Position numbers and translations under genes: made by a program. Below, in pieces: positions 57,816 to 64,000 of a DNA stretch of 64,000 bases (position 1 is the stretch's first letter; the number at the start of each line of letters is the position of its first letter). Source of the stretch: Protoeuglena noctilucae (Eukaryota); assembly GCA_958009085.1 (NCBI GenBank), contig OY253670.1:496001-560000 (forward strand). Direction: 5' to 3'. The notes under the pieces are model-generated. The model saw only the letters and a list, made by a program, of their open reading frames with translations, was not told the DNA's origin and made no database searches.

Positions 57816-60800
57816 CTACATGATGGCCTGCAGGTCGGCGTCCTGCCTCGCCAGCTCCAGGAGCATGGGGTCGTCGAAGAACTTGCTGACGCTCACGTCC
57901 TCCGCCATGCCCTTGCGCCTCCGGGTCTTCACCATGAACTCCCGCGCCAGGGCGTTGACGGGGGCGGGCTCCAGGGGCCGCAGCACCACCGTGCGGTCCA
58001 GGGGGTCCCCGGGCACCACCGCCCAGTGATCAAACACCGTCTGGCAGAAGGCCATGCCCTGCGTGGACGAAGAAGGATGAGCCGCTTTAATTTGCAATCA
58101 AACGCGCCAGCAAGAGCCACGACTGCCAGTCACGCAGCCTGGATCCCGGTCGAACTCTCGACTTTCAGTGGTGCATGCAGCACCGTGTGCGCACGTTTGG
58201 GGTTGGCCCCGTATGACATGGCGCCTCACCTGCGTGTGGTATCGCAGGTCCGTCTCGAAGCCAAAGTGCTCCATGGCCGGCAGGTAGGCCTTGACGATGA
58301 AGATGGGCGTGCCTGGCTTGGGGCGCTCCTCCACCACATGGCCCCTCCGCTGGGCGAGGATGGTGTAGATGGCGCTGCGGGGGCGTGGAGCGGGTGGCCA
58401 GCTGTGAGGACGCTGCCATTTCGCTTACAAAAACACCGGCACCTCGCTTCCACGCTTCGGCAATGCGCCTCATCCTCACTGCCCCGCCCATGCTTTTGGC
58501 TCATGCCCGATCCACGCACATCCGCTGCCCTCTCTCAAGCCCTCACCTGATGCACTCGGCGGTCGTGGTGATTTCCGCGAACATGACGGGCTCCATTAGG
58601 CGCGGGGTGGCCATAAGGAAGGCGGAGTAGCACACACAGCGCGCGGTGGGGATGACCTGGCCTCCCGACCGAGCGATGGGGTCCCTGCAAGACACGAGGG
58701 GCGGCATGGTAGGCTTCTATCATAGCAAACAGGTGATCGGGAGAGCGCGGAGCTTGGGCAGACAGCTACATCTCCCCATGAGGCTGTGCCATGGCACAAG
58801 ACACGATGCCTCAGCACCCACACGTGACCGTGAGCCCAGCACTCGCATCTCCATCACATCCACCATCTCCCTCATGTGCCCATCTCCCCATCTCCCCACC
58901 TCCCCGCACGTCTACCCATTTCCCCACCCGCGCGCGCTCACCCCGCCACCTCGGCGTGCATGAGCTTGAACTTGACGTTCCGGACCGGCTCGTCGCACAG
59001 AGGTCCCTCGCGGCAGGCCCACTGGAATCCCTGCACCACGGAGTTGCGCACGGCCGACAGCGCGGCCTTGTCGACGTCGGTGGGCAGCGTGTCATCCAAC
59101 AGCACGTTCGGGCCCTGCACGTCGGGACCGAAGGCCCAGAGAGACCGTGCCGCGAGAGCGTCCCAGCCGTACTTGGATTGGAAGAAATCCGCGACACGCT
59201 TGCGGGGCCACGCAGCACTGCGGGGGGAACGAGGGCGGCGACGGTCGCTGGGTGATTGCGGCGAGTAAGGGCTGCGCGAGGAGGGTGCGTAGAGCCGGGG
59301 CTGCAGAGAGGATGCGTGCGCTTGGGGCGCATTGGGGTAACCGGGTCGGCACATGTCACCACCATCTCACCATGGGTGCGTGACACATGCAATGACACCT
59401 GCAAAGGGCCCCCTCTTTTGGCCAGCACATCAAATGACGCAAGACAGCCCCTCGCCTGACTTTGCCGGCCTCGATGTCCTCCGCCAGTCCCTTCTCGAGT
59501 GGCTCGGCGATCATCGTGATCTTGTTCTTGCGGTTTGGCGTCTCCGCAAAGCACTTGAGCGACGACGTCTCCACCACCGTCTCGCAGAACGCGACCTGGA
59601 AGAACGCGGGACGAAGGGCGGTTTCACTTTATGCGAACCGCGTCTATAGACACTGAAGCAACCCCTGCACAGCCGCAGCGACCCCGGCTCAGCCACCCCT
59701 GCTTAGCCACCACCCCCGCTCATCCACCACACCTTCTCATCCACCCCTGCTCATCCACCGCCTCTGCTCATGCACCCCCGTGCGTCATGTCACGCACCGC
59801 TCCACCTCCTTTCTCACCACAGGGTCTGCCACTTTGATCTCCACCTCCGCGTAATGCTCCCGCAAGTCCCTCATCATCGAATCCAGGTAAAGCTCCCCCG
59901 TCCCAAACACCGTGTGCTCCCCCGACTCCTCCACACGCGTGTGCAGCTGCGGGGAGGGCGCGAGGTGAGACGGCGAGTCTTACGTGGGCCATACTGCTTG
60001 GTCTATGGTCTCTGGTGACCGATATGTGCACAGTGGGGGGCAGCGTTACGATCAACCGCGCGGAAGCAAGCGACGGCGGGGCTGGGAACGCCGGGCACCA
60101 GGCGTTGGCGTCAAGCCTCTGGCATACGTCAGCCGTTGATGTTAGGTGCACTGCCATGCACGTCGGCTCACCAGCGGGTACGATTTGTTGACGCTGCGGA
60201 GGCCCTCGACGACCTTGGGAAGCTCGGGGGGGTTCAGGGGCTCTGCGTGACGCGTGGGTGGGCGGTGGTCGCATTTTCGCACTTAGAAAACTTGGGCAGT
60301 GTGAGCTACAGAGCACAGAGACACCATGTCATGCGCAGAAACATGGCCTGGCCAGATAGCGATCTGCACAATGACTGACGGCGTGACAGGAAGTGTCACT
60401 GTCCCATGCAGTCACCGCACACCACCGTCGCCACCACCACCGCACCGTCTCCGCTGCCGCTCACCGATAGCGATCTTGATGACGCTGCGAAGCATGTACT
60501 GCAGGGATCGGAACACCCGCATCTCCTCCTCGAACCCCTCCGCGACGATGGTCGCCGTCTTGGTCACCGTGTCCCCCACCCCCTCGATCAGCACAAGGTT
60601 GCCCGCCGTGGCCTTGCTGATCCCCACGCGATACCGCGCCTGCCACACCTTGATCCCGGACACCTGCGCGTGGCCGGAAAGCTCCCCTAACGCCCCCGCA
60701 CAGCGTTAATCACGATCACGCCACCTCCCGCACCCGCACCCGCGCGCCATGCGCCCCGCACTGCCCAGCACTGCCCACCTGCGCCACCGCAGAGTCTTCC

Positions 60801-63605
60801 TCGTCCTCCGGAGAGTACGACTCCCCGAGCACCCGCACCGCCTCTCCCGGCCGTAGTGCCCCGCTGATGACGCGGCCAAAGGCGTCGAAACCGGGGTCGT
60901 TCAGCCGGGGGACCATCTTGGCCACGGCCACGACCAGCGGCCCCCGGGCGTTGCACAGCGACATGTTCTGCGCCATGTCGGACTTCTGGTCACCCGTCCA
61001 CGTCCGCTGGACCTTGTGGGCTGTCCCGAGCCTCGCGCTGGGGACATGCTCCGTCAGCATGTCCACCAGTCCCGTCGAGTCGCCGAACACGGCCATGAAG
61101 GCGTCCTTGAGCAGCGGCTTGCTCGACTTGTGCAGCTGCGGCGGGCGGGCGGGCATGGCAGGCATGGCAATCGCTTGACGTCGCCACGCACGGCTGCCCC
61201 TGCATAACACGCAACCCTCCCCAGCCACCCGGCAGCGGGCGGATCCAGCGACCAGCGCGTGTCGATCTTTCCCCCAGCGCGCACACATGCCCCGGCCGCT
61301 GCCCCTCAGGTCACACCTGCGAGGGCCGCAGCGTGGCGCCAAACTCGGCCAGCACCCGCCGGATGGTGTCGATCTCCTCCCCCACGCACGCCGACACGAT
61401 CTTGTAGATGGGCTCGAGGCAGAACTCCACGAACGACCGGTTGCGCGTGCCGACGGGCTTGTTGGAAAACTTGCGGGTCGAGGGGTCGAAGTACCGGTCT
61501 CCCCAGAGCTTGCGGCCGAAGTCGACGTAGTCACGCCGGACGTGCCCGTTGCCCACGGGCTGCGGCAGGTACATCTTGGCGAAGGAGAAGACGGTGAAGG
61601 AAAAAGAGAAGAAGCCTGGAGGAGGCAGGGAGGGGTGCGAGTGGATTGAAAGGATGGGCGTCGGGCCAGGCGGGGCGAGGCTGGCGAGGTGACGATGGGG
61701 TGGGTGGATAGGAGGCTTGGGAAGACACCATTGGTGCTATTCAACAACGCCAGACATAACTCGACGGAGCCATGGTGCGTAAACCCGCCGCTGCGACACC
61801 CACAGCACACCTTCACTGCACTCCTTGATGCCCGCAGCCCTCTGCTACGCCCTCACCTGAGCTGAAGCACACGGACCCCTCAGCCGGGTCGACTCGCTTG
61901 ACGCGGGTGGACCCAGCGGCGTAGGCGCCGATGTACCCGTTGACCTCCTCGATAATGTGCCGCAGCTTGAAATACGCATCGGACGGTGGCAGCTTGAGCT
62001 CCGTCACGAGGCGGTCCAGCTTGGCGATCATCAGCACGATCGGGAGGTCCTCCTGGCAGGCCTGCCGCACAGCACGCTCCGTCCCCATCATGACCTGCGC
62101 AGGGCCGAGGTCCACTTGGTTCGTGAGATGCGAGATGCAGGCCGAGTGAGCCCAGTTACGGAATCGTACATGCAAGAGTGTACATGTTGATTGCGAACAC
62201 CCGCGCTCGCCCGCGCAGCCCCTGCTCGCCATACCCGCCACGCCCACTGCACCGCTTCGCAAATGCGCCGTTGCCGGCACAGTCGTTGCAGCCCTCACCC
62301 CCTCTGCGGCATCGACCACCAGCATGACGCCGTCCGCCAGCCGCATCGCAACCGCGACCTCGTCGTTGAAGTTGGCGTGGCCCGGGGTGTCGATCATATT
62401 GCAGAGGAACGACTTGCCCTGGCTGTCCTGCAGGCACGGGTGCGGCACAGGCACTGCACGTCAGAACATTAACTATCCAACAGGCCTGGCGAACCGTGGG
62501 ACACATGGTACGCTGAGATGGTGACACACGGATCCCAAACTCGTCAGCGCAACCATCAGCGGCACGTGGGCAGGTGCACACGGGCCCGCACCGCCCGTTT
62601 TGGGTCTCACACCTGGAGGACCAGGGACATTGGCGTCATCTTGATCGAGATGCCACGGCTGACTTCGTCGAGTCGCGTGTCGGTGTACTTCAGCATGCGA
62701 CCGTCGTCCCGGGTCTCGAATCCCGTCTGGTGCGTCTGCTGCACCACCATGTCCATCACCGCGGTCTTGCCGTGGTGCAGGTGCCCCACCACCGCCACGT
62801 TCCGCACCAGCTCTGCGCGCGGAGGCAACAGGTCCTGTCAGAGCGCGTACCGGCGGAGCGGGTGCGCTTTAAAGCGACGGAGGGGCCGGCGACTCGCCCG
62901 CGTTGCTCATGAGCCCCGTGAGGAACTCCGCCGAGTACGCCGTCTCCGGCAGCTCCTTCTCGACAATCTCGTGCTTCTTCTCCGTCACCGGCGCGATGAT
63001 CGGCTTCTCCAGCGGCTGCGCGTCCTCCTCCATCACCAGCGTCTCTGCGCACGCCGCAGCAAGGCCCGTGAGGCCGCCTGCGCCCCTCGCGGCGCACCAC
63101 CTCAACAAACAAATCATACGCGTTGCGGGGAGACCAAGACCCGCGCGGGCGCGCCTGTCTCGGGTCCGTAAACCTCCTCGGCGCTGGGGTAGTACTTCTT
63201 GTCCTCGTGGAGGACGATGTCGGTGCCTGGCTCCAGCCCCGGCCAATCCTGATCCATCATCTCGTCCTCCTGGTCGAGCTTGCCACGATCATCGACTTCG
63301 TCGCGCTCCCCATGGGCGCCGGACGGCCCCTGCGCGAAGAAGCGGCCGGCAACGAGATGCCGGCGAAGGCGCGCTCCGCACACCTCCAGCACGCGCTGAT
63401 GCAACGTTTATGTGATGCATCGCAAGTGAAGGACGACTGGAGCAGCGCATGTCAGCGAGAGCACAACCCACGCCCCTCCCCGCACAGACAGCCATCAGGC
63501 CCCGCCTCGCACCTCTCCCCCCGGCCTCCCATCCTCGCTGCTCTCCGACCCGCTGAGTTCCGGGCCAATGTAATTCCCGAACTCATCATAGAGGTCCTCG
63601 TCCAT
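57816..63605 (-). CDS. EFTUD2: U5 snRNP 116-kDa GTPase EFTUD2/SNU114, 16 exons
   Basis: [96 protein letters not shown]. Exons: 63605-63513, 63329-63155, 63044-62898, 62812-62613, 62427-62299, 62094-61857, 61615-61317, 61135-60779, 60663-60465, 60242-60172, 59946-59818, 59595-59456, 59217-58942, 58684-58547, 58374-58230, 58058-57816. Confidence 0.97.
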
Positions 63606-64000
63606 CCTATGCACCGGCAACCGGCCGGGCACCGGCAGGTGCGGGTTCGGCCACCGGCAGCGGCCCCGCGCGCAGCTGGTAGCGGATCCGAGGTCTCAGA
63701 TGGAGGCAAGTGTGACAAAGATGCAAGCGCTACTGTTACAACTTCTAGGATGTGGCCCAGAAATCCACAGGCTGGCCGTCCCCACAGCCCCCGCGATCTG
63801 GCTCGGCCTCTGGATCGCGGATCCGGGCGCTTGCAGAATTAGGTGACGAGACAGGTGTGTTTCAAGGCCCATGCGCCAGTGCCGGCTTTCCCCGCCGGTG
63901 GGCGATCCTGGCCATCGTTCTGGCAGCGCGCCGCAGCGCCAGCCCCTCCAAGCCCTCGAACGCGTGCGCAAAAGAAGTAGGCTGATTTATACGGCTGCAA

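Noticed and set aside
474..63154. GC introns as copies of one introner element family
   Set aside because: The GC-AG introns share no visible internal sequence similarity, terminal inverted repeats or target-site duplications.
1..64000. Alternative genetic code (TAA/TAG = Gln, as in some ulvophytes)
   Set aside because: Conserved genes end at TAG or TAA at the expected positions (DDX56, EFTUD2, methyltransferase), and no in-frame TAR was seen in conserved exons.

Overview
GC-rich, gene-dense eukaryotic nuclear DNA. It most likely comes from a flagellated green alga: it carries ciliary genes (CFAP57, CFAP45, RP2) alongside plastid-type genes (KASII, At2g41040-like methyltransferase), uses the standard genetic code, and has many short spliceosomal introns. 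About 22 multi-exon genes can be modelled by eye: the DDX56 3' end, a 2xRRM protein, CFAP57, RP2, INSIG-like, an EGLN-like oxygenase, CCT6, a C2H2/matrin zinc-finger protein, PDE12, a secreted T/A/P-tailed protein, a frameshifted F-box-ankyrin gene, DRM1/ARP-like, SEC14-like, the methyltransferase, two membrane proteins, ORC1, CFAP45, KASII, two tandem NTF2-like genes and EFTUD2/SNU114. Four observations stand out. (1) At least 17 introns need non-canonical GC donors (mostly AG|GCRAG), roughly 15% of the introns modelled. (2) Many introns carry short diverged copies ('echoes') of the neighbouring exon or splice site. (3) PDE12 is fused to a catalytically degenerate YrdC/Sua5 domain. (4) Several introns have G-rich 5' and C-rich 3' arms that could pair. 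All gene models are manual and need RNA-seq confirmation.
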